The notes below the pieces were generated by a model. It worked only from the letters and a program-made list of their open reading frames with translations, did not search any database and was not told the origin of the DNA. From contig NC_057755.1 in assembly GCF_004010195.1 (NCBI RefSeq), positions 6,942,498 to 6,980,981 on the forward strand: a stretch of DNA of 38,484 nt. Reading direction: 5' to 3'. The position numbers were made by a program, and so were the translations under genes. Below, in pieces: positions 11,413 through 24,600 of this stretch (position 1 is the stretch's first letter; each line of letters opens with the position of its first letter). The stretch is from Chiloscyllium plagiosum. Its lineage: Eukaryota.

Positions 11413-12688
11413 TGTGACAATGCTGCTCCTTTAACAAAGTTATGTTTTTTTCAGAGGGGTCGTAAAGAATCACAGACTCTGAAAAGTCTATGTTGGAAGA
11501 GTTTTAGGTTGGAACAGTCTCATTATAGCTGAGACACTGCCTCAGGCAACAGGTTTTCAAGTCATTTAAAAAAAACACGTTGACACTGAAAAGGTAGTGG
11601 CTACTTCTTCCAGCTCAGGGTTTCTCTGGTTTAATGTGTTTTTTGGCAGTCGAGGTATTGTTGGAGGAATTTGGAATTTGAAACAGCATCATTAATTTTG
11701 GATAGTCTGCTGGGTTTTCGGGAACGTTAAGTTATTCTGTATTTTTCCGACATGGCGGTAAACCCCTTTATTAATTGAACCAAATACCCAGAAGAGCTCA
11801 TGTCAACTCGTAATCTGTTAATAAACGAGTGACAAGGAACTCCTAAATACCACCATTTTATGGAAATGCGACCAATGCATTCCTTAACTTTAAAAGTGAA
11901 CATTAAACAACAACTAGTAACGACTCTGAGCCTCGTTTTCTCTTAACTGTTTATTATCTCTTTCCAATTCTATAACAATACACTGTTTGGGTCAAAGACT
12001 TATTAAAATGACATCAACTGAATTTCAAAACCACACAGTGGCTGTTTTATACAGTGTTTTTTTTTTCTTTCTGTCGAAGATCCTCCTGGGTCATCTTCTT
12101 TCTTTTTGCTTCAAATATGTTTCCTATGAAAAGTACCATTGATAGAGAGTGTGTCATAATTTTTTGTTGCCTTAATTTATTTGAGTTGCACTTTCTGCAA
12201 TTTTAAAAATGCCTGAAATTAGAAAGTCGTATTGATTCAATGTTCACAAAGCAATAAATTCAAATTTCATTGTGTTTTCTTATCCAGAGGCATAATTTAC
12301 ACGGATTAGTTAAATTTGAATTGTTGTCAAAATAGCAACCAACACAAGTATTCACTTCACAGCCAAATGTCACATATTTCCAATTTTCCAGCACACTCTG
12401 AGACTGCCCTCTTTTTATACCACACAGGTGCTTTCAGTTCAGAACAGCAATCACTCTGTCTTAAAGGTGCACGACACAGGTTCAACTTCAGAACAGTATT
12501 CTGTTCTGTTTTGCTTGTATTCCATTCAGTACTTTGTAAGTAAATTCTATTTTGTTCAAAAGTAAGTCGTTGAGCCAGATGCATCACTCCTGGAATATCT
12601 GCTGTACACCTGCTTAAAACACTAAGAAACTTATGGTCGAGTCTGTTTTCCTGAAATGCTTTGAGGGCGTCTGGCCTGGTGCATAACA
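11413..12688 (+). mobile_element. 3' LTR of the Gmr1-like remnant, interrupted by a second LTR
   Basis: TGTGACA...CATAACA termini. The end gaaatgctttgagggcgtctggcctggtgcataaca resembles the LTR end at 21697 (minus strand). Confidence 0.7.
11743..12495. mobile_element. Nested solo LTR-like insertion
   Basis: GTAT duplicated at 11739-11742 and 12496-12499. Ends ...GAACA; the left terminus is eroded (ttttccgaca). Confidence 0.55.
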
Positions 12689-12819
12689 GTGGGGAACTAA
12701 AGGAACTCCATTATTTTACTCTCTGCGACATTGCGCAGTTTTACTCTTCTGTGGCTCACAGTTGCAGCCATTTTGTCTTTATCTACAAGGATGACTGACA
12801 CTGCATGTTAACAAAGTGT

Positions 12820-14830
12820 TTATCTTTATTCATTTGTGGCACTTGGGCATTATTGCTCTTGAGAAGGTGGTGGTGAGCTGCCTTATTGAATCACTGCACT
12901 CCACTTGCAGCGTTTTGATCCACAATGCTTGTCGGGAGGTGTGGTGAAAGGGTTAAAATTATGTCCCAATACATGTGTGAATCTAACCAGAATGGAGGTG
13001 TTGCTTAGTCCCGTGTGAATCTTATTACACACCTCCCCGTGTGAATCTTCTTATCTGTATGTAACCAGAATGGAATGTGTTTTTTAGCCTTGCTCTGCTG
13101 TTCACATGAATGTTTATATCTGGAAAAGAGTATAATGGAATGTGTTTTTTAGCCTTGCTCTGCTGTTCACATGAATTTTTATATCTGGAAAAGAGTATAT
13201 CAGCTGGAAAAGTCTCCAGTTCGGTGAGTCTGCTCCGGGGTTACGTTTAACCGCCGAGCGTGGGTTGTTGGCAACCGCTCTACGAGAACTGACGGCTCCC
13301 AGTTCCGGTAACATGTAGAGTGAGTATAAGCCAGACCCGTTGGTTGTGGCGACGCTGCGGGGAATAAAATGCTCATATTCTAGCAGACTCGCCTCTTGGT
13401 CGTTTGTTCTGTGTCAGACTACTCTCCTACGAACCTGACCTTGAGAATTTTTTAAAACAGGAGGGAGTTCCAGAATTTTGACCCAATGACTGTAAAGAAA
13501 ATGCGTTATATTTCCAAGTTAGGGTGGTGAGTGGCTTCGTGGCAAACCTGTAGGTGGTGGTGTTCCCGAGTACCTGCTGCCACTATTTTTCTCGGTGGAA
13601 GTGGTCATGGGTTTGGAAGATGTTGTTTAAGGGTCTTTGGTGAATTTCTGCAGTGTATTCTGTAAGTAGTACACACTGATGCTACTGAGTGCTGATGGGT
13701 GGAGGGATTGAATGTTTGTAGATGTGGTGCCAATCAAGCGAGTTATTTTGTCGTGCGTGGTATCAAGATTCTTTTGTGTTGTTGGAGCTGCATCCATCCA
13801 GGCAAGAGGGGAAAATTCCATCACACTCCTGACATGTGCCTTGTAGATGTGGATAGACTTTGGGCTGTCAGCAGGTAGCTTACTCGCCACAGTATCCTTA
13901 CGTCTCTGACCTGCTCTGCATTTATTTGGTGAGTGCAGTTGGTTTCTTGTCAATGGTATGGCCCAGGATGTTGACACTAGGGGATTCAATACTGTTAATA
14001 CAGTTGATTGTTACGAGGCGGTTGTGAGACAGTCTCTTATTGGTGATGGTCATTGTCTGGCATTTGTGTGGCGCGAATGTTACTTGCCACTTGTTGACCC
14101 GAGCCTGGATATTGTCCAGATATTGTTGCATTTGATCACGGACTACTTCAGTATCTGAAGAGTCGCGAATGGTGCGCAATCATCAGCAAACATCAGCTTA
14201 TGATCTTATGACAGAGGGAAGGTCTTTGATGAAGCAGCTCAAGATTGTTGAGCCTAGGACACTACTCTAAGGGACTCCTGCAGAGATGTACTAGAGCTAA
14301 GATGATTGACCCTTCACAACCACAAACATTTTCCTTTTTGCCAGGTATACTCTAACCATCGGAATGTTTGATAGCCATTGATTCCTGTTTTGCCAGGCCT
14401 CCTTGATGCCATACTCCATCAAATATGGCCTTGATGTCAAGGACTGTCAGTCTCGTCTCACATCTGGAATTCAGCTCTTTGGTCCATGTTTGAACAAGGC
14501 CTGAAATGAGATCAGGAGCTGAGTGACACTGGTGAAATCCAAACTGGACGTCACTGAGCATGTTGTTGGTTAGCAGGTGCTGCTTGATAACACTGTTAAT
14601 GACGTCTTCCATCACTTTACTGATGATTGAGAGTTGACTGATGGGTCAATAATTGGCCCGGTTGGATTTGTATTGCTTTATGCTACATGACATAACAGGG
14701 CAATCTTCCTCATTGTTGGACAGATGCCAGTGCTGTAACTGTACAGTAAGAGCTTGGCTAGGGGAGCGGCAAGTTCTGGATCACACATCTTCAGTACTAA
14801 TGTTATCAGGGCCTATCGCTTTTGCAGTAT
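12820..14830 (-). mobile_element. Non-CR1 LINE (L2-group/jockey-superclade-like RT), decayed
   Basis: QFGFHQCHSAPDL...VLDIKAIFDGVWHQG, WQVTFAPHKCQ and IYKAHVRSVMEFSPLAW. Split by a solo LTR. Confidence 0.8.
12940..13459 (+). mobile_element. Solo LTR (520 bp) with perfect 5-bp TSD GGAGG
   Basis: TGT...ACA termini. GGAGG at 12935-12939 and 13460-13464. TATAA at 13325, AATAAA at 13363. Internal 65-bp tandem repeat at 13069-13198. Confidence 0.88.
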
Positions 14831-15331
14831 CCATTCCCTGGCGCAAGGTGATTATGCAGCTCCAACCAATATTGCTATTGAAACCAGCCTCATGATCATG
14901 TATTTGAATGCATGTACCAACGTGTCACACAAAGTAAAATCAAGCGAGAGCTGAAGAAGGTGTTGACACCTTCTTGGTCATGTATTCTCAAATCAACTAA
15001 TCGAAATTCAAAGTAGAAAATGTCATGTTCTCAATTTGCTTGTGTTGTCCTGTCACAAAAAGTTCTCATTGAGAGAACTCTCTTACAAATCAATTTCCAC
15101 AATTAAAATCTGAGTGCTTGAATAAAGAGTGATGAATACTATTTAATTATGTAACAATTAGAAAGTTGCGTTTGGCTGCTGTATTGATGTCCTAGTTACT
15201 GTGATTCATTTCCAGGACATCCAATCGCTCTGCACTGAAGCGCTATGACATCTGTCTCTGTTGCAATAATAAACTTCCTTTTGCTTCCTCCGATTAAAAT
15301 GGACAACCTCACATTTATCTGACAAATAATC

Positions 15332-15382
15332 CAACCCGGGTCCTGAGCAGTGTGAGGCAGCAGTGCCATCCGCTGAGCTATC
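15332..15382 (-). mobile_element. HE1-type SINE tRNA-head fragment
   Basis: Minus strand reads gctcagcggatggcactgctgcctcacactgctcaggacccgggtt. Confidence 0.55.
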
Positions 15383-15884
15383 AAGCAACCCTTGATTTTA
15401 CTAAACTCTTGTATTTGTGTAGATGTTGAAGTGAGAGTCACTTTCATTTGTACATTGTGATACGATTCCCGAGGAGAGATGAACCTGAAGCAAAGTATAT
15501 AGTAAATACAAAGGAATTCCTCAAAAAGTAGCCTATTGCAGTTTTGCCAGCATGAGTTTTAATGTGAACACAGTGACAATTTTTCCCTGAAGGTTTTGTG
15601 TTTGTAATAAAGATTGAAGTAATATGAATATCCTCACCCCTTCATCCAGCCTGCAAGAAGTTGGCGCATCTCTGGCAGAACTGCTCTCCCCCCCAAGGTG
15701 CTGCCAACACCCACGCAGCCGCAGTTGGCAATGTTGCCCCTCTCCTCATGAACCGCTCTCTGCCCAAGCAGGAAACAGATACATTGGCCCACATTGCACT
15801 TCATAATATCAATGGGTTCGGGGCGGGGTGGAGTGTTGGGAGAGTCCACCAATGATGAACGTCTGGAAGAAAGTCAAATACGAA

Positions 15885-16375
15885 CATTAGTTCGGCCACT
15901 TTGGAATATTGTGTGCAATTCTAATCTCACTATATTGGAATAATGCTGTTAAACTTAAACTCAGAAAAAAAAGTTCAAGCATGTTGCTAGGGTTGGAGGT
16001 TTTGAGCGATAGGGACAGGCTGATTAACTTTGGGCTGTTTTCACTGGGAAGTGGATCACTGAGGGGTGACCATATCGAGGTTTATAAAATCATGAGGGCC
16101 ATGGACAGGGCAAATAGCAAGGTCTTTTCTCTGGGATGGGAAAGTCCAAAACCTCTTTTCTGGTTTAAGAGGAAAAATTTAGAAGTGACCTAAAGCAAAG
16201 CTTTTACACACAGGGGGTGGTAGGTGTAAGAAATGAGCTGCCAGAAGAAGTATTGGAGGCTGGTACAATTACAATATTTTAAAACGCATCTGGATAGGTA
16301 CATGAATAGAAGGGTTGATGTGGACTTGTTGGTCCGAAGGGCCTGTTTACACACTGTAGGGATCCTATGATTCAA
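15885..16375 (+). mobile_element. CR1/HER1-type LINE 3' fragment
   Basis: LFSLGSGSLRGDHIEVYKIMR. Tail ggacttgttggtccgaagggcctgtttacacactgtagggatcctatg is shared with the HE1 SINE. Confidence 0.8.
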
Positions 16376-16708
16376 TTCTCAGCACACTTAAAGTTATCTA
16401 ACTTCAAATTTTAATCGTACTGGTCTCTAATTTCTGAAACATGCACTAACTGACATCCTTTTGCAATTTTATTATTTCTTTCTGTGCTGTTGTATTCCTG
16501 TTGATAAGCAATATTTGTTCATCTAAGGCACGAAAGCAATAAATTCCATCTCTTCAATTCAAGGGTTTTGATGATGACTAATAAACATGTACTTTTACAA
16601 ATAGATCTCAATATCCTCAGTCCTAGCCCATGAAAGAATTCTAAAATGAAATTTAGACAATGTCTCACTTACTTGACACAAAACTACAGAATGAAAATTA
16701 CGTGATAT

Positions 16709-16714
16709 TTTATT
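16709..16714 (-). promoter_or_regulatory. Candidate polyadenylation signal (AATAAA) of the GPCR gene
   Basis: tttatt on + strand about 87 nt downstream of the stop. A second candidate lies at 16468-16473. Motif only. Confidence 0.35.
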
Positions 16715-16800
16715 CATTGTTCCTAACAATCGTCCCACAGGATGAGTTTAATTCAAAATGCAAGCAGGACTGATTTTTTAACTGGCAGTCAACCTTCAGT

Positions 16801-17708
16801 TTAACAGTGGATAAAGAATGCTTTGATGAATTTAGTGGGAGATTTCAGTAGATCCATCAATGCTTCTCTGAATTTCCTCTGGGTCGCTGCGTAAATGCAC
16901 GTGTTTGAACAGGAACTCAAATACTTTAGCATTGCTCCAGTTTCCACTGCAATGTATGCTTGGTTTCTGCGGTCACCTGAGTAATAAGTTGTATTTGTAA
17001 GCCTGGTAGTTACGAAGCTTACAACAGCTGTCAGCCACAGGAGTATAAAGCAGCCTGAAGTGGTGAAGAGTAAAACAATGGATTTCTTTCTCTTCTCCAT
17101 TTCTGAATCGTGCTGAGGATCATTCAGCTGACTCCGAAGTCCTCTGCGGGATTTTCTGCTCACAAGTATACGTTTGATTGTCAATGTGTTAAACAAGACA
17201 ATTAAAAGGAAAGGAATCCAAACTGTAGCGATGCTATAAAACCAGATGTACGTTATTCCTGGGACTGAAGAAAAGAAAGTAACACGAGGCAAGCAGTTCC
17301 AGTGCATCTTGTTAACTATTTGTTGAGATCCAAATGCAAAAAGTATGGGAATATCCTTTAAGCAGACAAAGATACAGCTCATGATTATAACAGTAACTGC
17401 AGTTCTCACAGTGCAATGCCTTGCTTTATACTTTGTGCAGCAGAGAACAACAAAGCGGTCAAAAGTGAAGGCAACTGTGAACCAAACAGACAAATCGAGA
17501 ACAACACCAGATATGAATAAATTCAGCTTACAGATATGCGTGTAGGACAAGAATGACATGGGGAAATGATAACTGAGAATGTGATACCAGATTACATTAA
17601 TGATCATGACGAGAAGATCTGCTACTGCCATGGCCACCATGTAGAGAGAGATACAATTCGAAAGGCCACATTTTCCTCGGGACAGAAGCATGATTGTCAC
17701 TAGGTTTG
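16801..17708 (-). CDS. Class A orphan GPCR, GPR139/GPR142-like, coding exon 2 (end of TM1 to C-terminus)
   Basis: Uninterrupted ORF with hydrophobic TM segments: ANLVTIMLLSRGKCGLS, TM2 AMAVADL, TM3 SVWFTVAFTFDRF (DRY variant), TM5 WIPF, TM6 FILLW, TM7 SCSNTCIY (NPxxY variant), helix 8 RKFRE. Acceptor ttctctactgttcttacAG ends at 17709. Stop TAA at 16803-16801. Confidence 0.93.
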
Positions 17709-17914
17709 CTGTAAGAACAGTAGAGAAAATAACTATTGCTCCAAAATTTAATTCTCAAAATATCAATCATACTTCAGTAATGTTTATTCCCATTCTGAAA
17801 AGTAACCATGAAACAAGGATAATAAACATAGATAGAGCTGTGTGATGGTATGATGTTATTTGGCTGTTGTTTCTTTCCTGATATACAAACCATGAATAGG
17901 AAAACAGAGGAATT

Positions 17915-18990
17915 AGTCATGGGAGCAGGAAATTCAGCCCTTCAAACCTGCTCTGCCATTTGACATGATCATGGCTGATCTTAATCTGGTCTCCATGTCA
18001 CTTTCTTCCTCACAACCCTTTGCCTGATTTTCTACAGAAGCACTCCTTTTTTTATCTTGATTGATTGTGCCTCCACTGCACTCTAGGGACAGTGAGTTCC
18101 ACAGATTCAGTACCCTCTGAGAGAAGTAGTTTGTCCTCATCTTAGTTTGAAACCTGCTTCCTCTCACTCTTCATCTGCGACATCTTGTTTGGGACTGCCC
18201 CACAAAGGGAACATCTGTTCAATGCGTACCGTCTAAATTTCCTTGAGCATTTCATATACCTCAATCAGTTCCCCTTCATTCCTGTGAACTCCAGTGAGCC
18301 CAAATCTAAGGTATTCAGATGCACCTTGCACAATAGCTATTTAATCCCGGGAATCAACCTGACGAATTTCGTCAGAGCTGCCAACAGTCCAACCAAATTC
18401 TCCCTCAAGTAACGAGACCAAAACTGGATAAAAGTCTCCAAGTGTAGCTTACAAACGCATTATCTAATTGTAAAGATACTTTTTAAATTTAAAATGTTGC
18501 AAAACAAAGCCAGGGTCCCAATTGCCTTTTTCTTATTACATGTTGTCCCGACAGACCGAATTTTGCTTTCATGAACAAAGGTGCACAGATGCCCCTGTAC
18601 TGATGCACTTCGGCTTTGTTAACCATTTCAATAATTAATTAGCCTTTTATTTTCCTGGCCAAAATGAACAATCTCACACTTATCTATATTAAACTCCACC
18701 TTCTAGATTCTGGCCCATTCCTCCGCCTATCAGTTTTCATCCGTAAACTTTTTGTCTCCTCATCGCAACTTGCTTTTCCACCTACTTTAGTATCATCTGC
18801 AAATCTTACTATGTTACACTGTGTCCCTTCTTGCTGATCATTTATGTCAGTTGTGAACGTTTGAGAATCAAGAGCTGAATATTGCAGTATCCTACTGGCT
18901 ACAGTGCACTATCCAGAGAACGACCCATTTATTCCGACCTTCTGCCCTCCTCCTGTAAGTCAGTCCTCTGTCCAAGCCAATACGCTACAT
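17915..18990 (-). mobile_element. Old CR1 3' portion (intronic)
   Basis: MRTNYFSQRVLNLWNSL and KFADDTK (atcatctgcaaat at about 18792). Confidence 0.75.
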
Positions 18991-19184
18991 TTGAACTAAG
19001 TGGCAAAAGAAAGCAAGGGTTTGTCCATCTCCATCTAAGAACATGAAATAGTGGAACACATTGACTTAGGAGTTGGTTGAGTTGGGAAACCTCACAATCT
19101 TTGAAGGAAAAAGCATGAACCTGTGAAATGTCATTACATTCAAAGCTATTACACTAGTGCTGGAGAGGTGGGGCTTGTGTATCA

Positions 19185-19520
19185 TGCAATCCTTACAGTG
19201 TTTAAACAGGCCATTTGGTCCAACAAGGCTATACCAACTGTCCCAAGATTATCACGCCCAAATCCATTCCCCACCACTGTACATTTCTCATAACTAAAGA
19301 GCCTAAATTATGCATCCCTGAACTCTATGGTGAAATTAGTATGAACAATTAACATAATCTGCACAGATTTTGGACAGTGAGAAGAAACCTGAGCACTCTG
19401 AGGAAACCCATACAAACACAGGAAGGATTGGCAAACTTCACACAAATAGTCGCAAAAGTCTGGAATCGAACAGGGTCCCTGGCACTGGGAATGAGTAGTG
19501 CTCGCCACATTGTCACCACC
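19185..19520 (-). mobile_element. HE1-like V-SINE
   Basis: tRNA-like head, V-domain-like tgtgtgaagtttgc...gggtttcctcagagtgctcaggtttcttctcactgtccaaa, and LINE-like tail ttgttggaccaaatggcctgtttaaacactgtaagg. Confidence 0.8.
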
Positions 19521-20004
19521 AAATGATTTAGTGTAGCTTTGATCGTACAGTGTTGATGGGACAAAGCACCACTTTTGTACAGTATGATTAAATGAACCTA
19601 TTTTCACAGCACAAACAGTCTACCCAGAGAAAGCCTTTCATATATTTGGTGTCTGGGAGGCTTTTAATGATCGCAACATTCAGTTTATCTAAATTTTCTG
19701 TTCTCTGGTTGTGGTTTGAAGATTTTTTTTCAAAATCACTGCCCTTTTCAGAACCTGTTCGCTTCTTTAAAGCGATGCATTCCTCAATTAATCGAGAAAA
19801 TACTGCAGAAAAATGAGTCAGTTACGAATGAACGAAGAGACAAAATCAAATATGTAAGGCATAATTGAATAACAGCATGCTATAAAAAGCAATATGCAGG
19901 GGTTTACGTGGATAGACTGTCAAAAGTAACAAGGTAGTTAGAGATTTTTGCTGAAGAAAATACTATGTTTTGCCTTTAGGTAAATAGACAAGTAAAGGTT
20001 ACGT

Positions 20005-20200
20005 CATCATCATCCTGCAGTGCTGCTCTCTCATCAGGAAGAGATGACTGGTGGCCCTGAGGGACACCACGCATCAGGCAAGGGGATAAATTGAGGAGGA
20101 GAATCATTCATGGTAATTTCAGTCAGCGCAGGACTTAAACCCACACTGTTAGCATCACTCTGCATCGATAACCAGGACCCAGATAATTGACTCCCACCCA
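20005..20200 (-). mobile_element. tRNA-headed SINE-like repeat
   Basis: Minus strand has gcagagtgatgctaacagtgtgggtttaagtcctgcgctgactga (B-box-like) and ends in (gat)n. Confidence 0.45.
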
Positions 20201-21277
20201 AAGAATGATGGTACAGAATAGATATAAGGAATTCATGATTAAATGTGACACACTCGCTCGGTAAAGAATGCAAGGTGTTCTGCCTTGCTTTGGGAACTTA
20301 ATAGTCACTTTGCCTTTGGATGAGCTGCTGGACACGACAAGATTGGAAAATGAATAGCCAACATTTGGGTACTGTTGAGATAATTACCAAGAAAACCCAC
20401 ACGAATTTGGGAATCATCTGTCAAATATGAGCAACCTAATTGAAGAATTATAAACTTCAACTACAACTGAGGCTGCTAATAAGAACTCAGCGGGAAAAAA
20501 GATATCAGTTGTTGATATTCAACAACTTGCATTCGGAAAATATGTTTTTGAAAATAAAGTTAGAATCTTCATGCCGATGAGTTACCAACACTGACTTGCC
20601 TGTAATTTGAGATGTGTCCAACTCTTTAGTTCTAATACCCATTCATATCAACATGAGTAAATTTTGGTCATTTCAGCTATGTCCGAGGGAAAAAAAAAGA
20701 CTTTAAGACCATGAGCCTGGAAGACTCTCAGCACATTTTATTGTGATCAAAATATAGAAACATCGTAAAAAGGAACAACTGTCTGGCATTCAGTTGGTCC
20801 AGCCTGCTCCGACCATTACTGTGATCATGGCTGATCATCCAATATTCTGTACCTTCTCCTACTTCCTCACCATATCCTCATATTCCCGTCTTCCTCAGCA
20901 CTATAGTTATATCTTCATTGAAAGTCTTCAATGTTTCTGCCTCAACAGATGCCCGTGGCAAAATAAAAATCTCCAGGTTCACCACTATCTGCTTTAAGAA
21001 ATGTCTCCTCAGTACAGTGCTAAATAGGCTTACCCTCTTCCCTTAAAGTATGGCTCTTGGTTCTAGAAGTGCTCATTGCCTAGCTGGTATAGTGTCGGTC
21101 TTCCTTTGAAAATCTTTCCGTTGTTTCAACAATAATCATGTTAACATTGAAGTTGTCAGTTCATGGAATATGTTAAGAATTGGATACATGGTTACTCCTG
21201 GTTTTTGAGGAACCTTGGAACTTCTGGTGAAAGTTTCTGAGATCATGGTGTTGCATCCAAAGCATCCTAGGTATCTG

Positions 21278-21696
21278 AACACAGAACATTACACATTACA
21301 GCGCAGTACGGGATCTGCGGCCCTCAATGTTATGCCAACCTGTGAAACCAATTTGCATCCGATCCATTATCATCAATATACCTATCTAATGACCAAATGA
21401 CCTTACATTTGGCGAATCTACTCCTGTTGCAGCCACACTATTCTACGCCCCTACCACTCTCTCAGTAAAAAAAATCTACCTCTGTCATCGGTCCTATACC
21501 GATCACCCCTCAATTTAAAGCCGTGTCCCCACGTACTCGCCAACATCATCTGAGGAGAAAAGGTTCTCACTGTCCAACTTCTCTAATTCTCCACTGATCT
21601 TATATATCTCAGTTATATCACCTCTCAACCTTTCTCTCTGTAACGAAAACAGCCTCAAGTCCCTCAATCTTTCATCATAAGTGCTTGCCTCAAAAC
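21278..21696 (-). mobile_element. CR1 3' end; continues at 27736 beyond the Gypsy insertion
   Basis: Tail acagaacattacacattacagcgcagtac. The RT C-terminal sequence breaks at the LTR and resumes at 27736. Confidence 0.85.
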
Positions 21697-24600
21697 TGTT
21701 ACGGACTTGGCCAGACCACTCAAAACATTTTTATGCAGGCAGCCCGACTGTAAATTTGTGATTTGTTTCAGTAAAATTACCAAGAGTAAGTTAGCTGTTT
21801 TGACTACCAGGTTTTTAAACAGACAAAAATTTTATTCACAAAATTACGGAATGAAGCAAAGAACAGAATAAAGAATGTCCACGGAACTCGGGATATCCAA
21901 ACTTAACTTAATTATGCTGTTCCGAAAAAAAACACATGAAACAGTCCCAACAAACAAACCCCTTATATATAGAGTAAAACTGAAGCAGAGGCTTACAGAT
22001 CGAAGTTGGAAGGGCAAAGGAGAGAGAGTTGAGCAGCCTGTGTCCACACAGCCCACTGCTGAACCGACTCACACAAGCGTTCAGCTTTTATTACTGACCA
22101 CTCCCATTTCAGTCGACAGATCAATTCTAACTCATAAAAGCTTTGGCTTAAAGTCTCAACTGCTTATATATAACCAAAAAGGCCTCTCAGTAAACCCTTT
22201 CATCTCTGTACCAAACCAGTCGTTTCGGAGCCTGGACTGTATTCCGACCACTCTGAAACAAAAAAACCAAGGGCACAGTATCATTGAGAAAAGGAACAGT
22301 TTCTGAAAAAAAAGGACCAACTTTGTGACATCTTCCCCCTTAATAAAAAGAACCATCAATATCCAAAGATGACTTCATTTTTAAAGCACCTCATAAAAAT
22401 GGTTCGTACGCTAAAACACACATGTACTGTACAATGACTATACACATGCAAACATGCACAACCACATTCGAATTCAGGCCGTGGCACACCCTCTACCCAA
22501 TACCTCCATATCTCTTTCGAGTCTTAACCAGCAATCACGTTTTCGCGACCTGCCACATGTGCAATTGTCAAATTGAATGACTGCAATAGTAAGCTCCAGT
22601 CTGGCATTTCTGTCCTTGAATTTCTCCATAAGTATCAATGGGCTATGATCAGTGTACACAATTGTCTCAGATGAGTTGCTGAAAATATACACACCGGAAT
22701 GTAACAATGCCAACATAAACCTCAAAGTCGCTTTCTCCACCGTTGAATATTTCTGTAGATGAACGTTGAACTCCTAGGAAAAATACCTGATGGGTCTTTT
22801 TATCCCTTCGTTGTCCTTCTGCAGGAGCACTGCACCATCACCCACATCACTGCCATCGATAGATACCTTGAAACTCTTCGTACAATCAGGTGTGGTTAAT
22901 ATTGAGGCAGTGGCGAACACAGTTTTGAGGCTGTCAAATACCTTTTGACAGTTCATTGTACAGTGAAACATCTTGCCTTTTTTTTTAACAATTCGGTAAG
23001 TGGAACAACCACACTGCTAAAATTTGGCAGAACCGTTCGGGAAAATCCACTGAATCCCAGGAACTGTAGTCCTGAACATTTCATTGATGATGTGGGAAAT
23101 TCCCCAATTACTTCCGTTTTTGCATCCCATGGGGCAAGTTGTTCATGTCCAATAACATGGCCAAGGAAGGTGACTTGGGATTTGGCAAATTCATCTTTAG
23201 CTAGGTTTACCACCAAGCCTGTCTTCTGAAGTCGATTGAACAAGCCCGATAAATGCTGTAAATATTTCTTCCATGAGTGACTAAAACTCACCAGGTCATC
23301 AATGTACACTATGCAGTTGGGTAATCCAGCAATGAACTTATTGTTTTCTGAAATTTGGCTGCAGTGTTCTCATACCAAATGGAATGACTTTGAACTTATT
23401 CAGTCCATTTGGCTTTACAAAAGCCGCAATTGACTTTGCTCTTTCTGACAAAGCTCCCTTGCAGAAGCCTCTGAGCAAGTCCAACTTCGGAATGTAAATT
23501 GTTTGTCCCAGATTTTCAGCACTGCACCAAATGCAGAATTGAATGTGCGTCAGTCTTTGGAATGACATTGACTTCGCGATAGTCCACACATAACTGTTGG
23601 GTACCATCTGCCTTTTGCAACATGACTATGCCAATCTTGGAGCATGCGTTCTATCTCCTTTTGAACTTGAACCAACTTTAGAGGGTTATGTCTATCAGGA
23701 TGGTTGCATAATCGGAACAGCATTTACATCATGCACAATTCGGTTAGTACTTCCCAGCTTATTTCCACATATCTCCCCATCTGATAATAATTACTCTTTC
23801 AGGACATTTCCATTTTCTTGCGGCTGGTAACTCAATAATTCATCCCAATTTTTGACGACTTCCTTGTCCAATTTGAATTGAGGAATATCCAATTCAGAAT
23901 TATCTGAACTTAGTTCTTCCTTCTGTGCTGTAATCATTAATACCTTATTCTCTTGCTTTCCTTCCCTCTCAAAAATACCTTTTGAGCCATATTCACATGA
24001 CGCACTCTGTGAGATGTCTTCCTGTCTGGAGTCCCTATCAAGTAATTCACCTCACTCAATTTTCTCTGGACTGGATAAGGTCCACTAAACCTTGCCTTTG
24101 AAGGTTCACCTATTATTGGAAGTAACAGCAAGACAATTTCCCCATGGCAAAATGCGATTTTTTTGATTTTTTTGTCCTGTTTCATTGTATGCTGTGGTAC
24201 AAACCCCCCAGTCACTCTCTAAAATTTGCCACATAATCTCTGAATTCTGGCTTACTAATTTCTCCTCAATCAATTTTAACGGTCCTCTTACTTGATGCCA
24301 ATAATTAATTAAAATGAACTGAATGTGGTTGATTCATCTGGTGCAACACTGATCGCAAAAGAGCACAAACTGAGCTCCCTAAATTCAATAATCTCGATAA
24401 TCCTGACTATAAGCACTCTACATGGTCTTTAATGATTGTTGCCAGCTGTCTCGATCTCCCTGCGATTCTGGATGGTACACAGTTGAATTGAAATGCTTTA
24501 TTCCCAAGTTATTCACAAACTCCCTGAATAGTTTGGATGTGAAGTTTAACCCTTGATCTGACCAGATCTATTTTGGTAGTCCGTATCTAGTCAAACCAAA

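Noticed and set aside
15624..15855. GC-richer patch with short overlapping ORFs
   Set aside because: No recognisable domain, splice pattern or terminal repeats that I can support.
17698..17700. ORF-track start 'MTIM' as the GPCR start
   Set aside because: The codon is GTG just inside a splice acceptor. TM1 is only complete with exon 1 at 30057-29988.
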